Source: a virus (taxonomy: Duplodnaviria > Caudoviricetes). From it: a stretch of DNA of 32,702 nt. The notes below the pieces were generated by a model. It saw nothing but the letters and a program-made list of their open reading frames with translations. It made no database searches and had not been told where the DNA came from. Shown here one piece after another: positions 32,037-32,702 of this stretch; the first letter of the stretch is position 1; every line of letters begins with the position of its first letter. The translations under genes were made by a program, and so were the position numbers. The stretch lies in the IMG/VR virus record IMGVR_UViG_3300012347_000095, positions 1 through 32,702 of that record. The stretch is one strand, 5' to 3'.

Positions 32037-32702
32037 TTAATTTGTAGTGATGTAGCTGCCTGAAACGAATAACGTGTTATATCCACCCGAACTGTTGCTC
32101 GCATCGCCTACGGTTGTTTCATTCCACGCGCCAGTGCTTCTATAAATACAAACAGCTCGTGTTCCTGCATAAAAATTCAAGCCGCGAGGTGTATTAGCGC
32201 CCGTTCCCCAACTTGTTGCCATTTCTGTAGACGCGCTAAATCTCTGACCAGTTGTCGAAACATCAACCGTGAATGGCCATCCATCAACAACAACTGAACC
32301 ACTACCTCCAGTAAAGCTGTTGGTCGATAAGCAAAATTGGAAATAAACAAGTTTACCGATTTTGATGTAACGACCAGTCTGTATGTTGTAGGTAACAGTT
32401 GGGTTAGAACCCTGTGCGCCATAAGTCGGTGTCCAAGTCCCTTCCTCATAATCATCAAGCGTGTTTGCGTCAGCGCTTGGTACTTGAGTTGCAGGGAATG
32501 ACACGCCATTCAATGCAAACGTCTGACCAGAGGCAACCTTGGCAGAAGTCACTGCGCCAGCAGCCAAAGCGCTTGTGCCAACGCTTCCATCAGTAGGAGA
32601 AATAACCTGCGTGATGGGGCTGGTGTAGCGCACATAGATGTTGCTGCTGCCAGATGGTGGTGCGCTGGTGAACGTGATGGTGTTGCCGTTGACGGTGTAC
32701 GC
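32037..32702 (-). CDS. tail fibre protein (5'-truncated by the window edge)
   Basis: Frame open to the window end (AYTVNGNTITFTSAPP...); ANTLDDYEEGTWTP and Y.KIG..V motifs. Confidence 0.8.
   Translation of the reverse strand, partial: AYTVNGNTITFTSAPPSGSSNIYVRYTSPITQVISPTDGSVGTSALAAGAVTSAKVASGQTFALNGVSFPATQVPSADANTLDDYEEGTWTPTYGAQGSNPTVTYNIQTGRYIKIGKLVYFQFCLSTNSFTGGSGSVVVDGWPFTVDVSTTGQRFSASTEMATSWGTGANTPRGLNFYAGTRAVCIYRSTGAWNETTVGDASNSSGGYNTLFVSGSYITTN

Noticed and set aside
12366-32596. Many long + strand ORFs opposite the structural genes (e.g. 18791-19426, 28067-28813)
   Set aside because: Antisense shadows expected from codon bias; no motifs or convincing SD sites noticed
28498-32702. 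DGR or invertase shufflon driving fibre variation
   Set aside because: No reverse transcriptase, no adenine-specific TR/VR pair, no invertase and no inverted cassettes in this window

Overview
Internal 32.7-kb segment of a tailed dsDNA phage, probably a podovirus-like phage of a Gram-negative host (GH19 endolysin with Rz/Rz1 spanins); a freshwater betaproteobacterial host is my inference only. Two convergent arms meet at a bidirectional terminator (~12280-12301). The + arm (1-12277) carries small early genes behind a repeated extended -10 promoter (CTGTGATA[C/T]A[C/A]T), putative anti-defence genes (SAM lyase-like, Gp49/Acb4-like, DUF2829/Tad2-like), a recombination/replication block (AAA_24 ATPase, DUF669 SSB, Cas4-like nuclease, DNA methyltransferase, SF2 helicase), NTP pyrophosphohydrolase-like genes and two structured intergenic RNAs. 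The - arm carries a tail-fibre/chaperone cassette array, a lysis cassette, putative ejected proteins, a 2094-aa polyvalent protein (HExxH peptidase, GNAT, ART-like and zeta-toxin-like domains), a ferritin and a 910-aa protein. Main observation: the 2094-aa gene contains four same-strand ORFs, all in its +1 frame and each with an SD-like site, lying in the inter-domain linkers. Two directly follow the GNAT and zeta-like domains, and the zeta-adjacent one is preceded by a 19/22-nt copy of the phage's early promoter. This is a candidate overprinted antitoxin/immunity system for a multi-toxin virion protein. All family assignments are motif recognition by eye; no searches were run.
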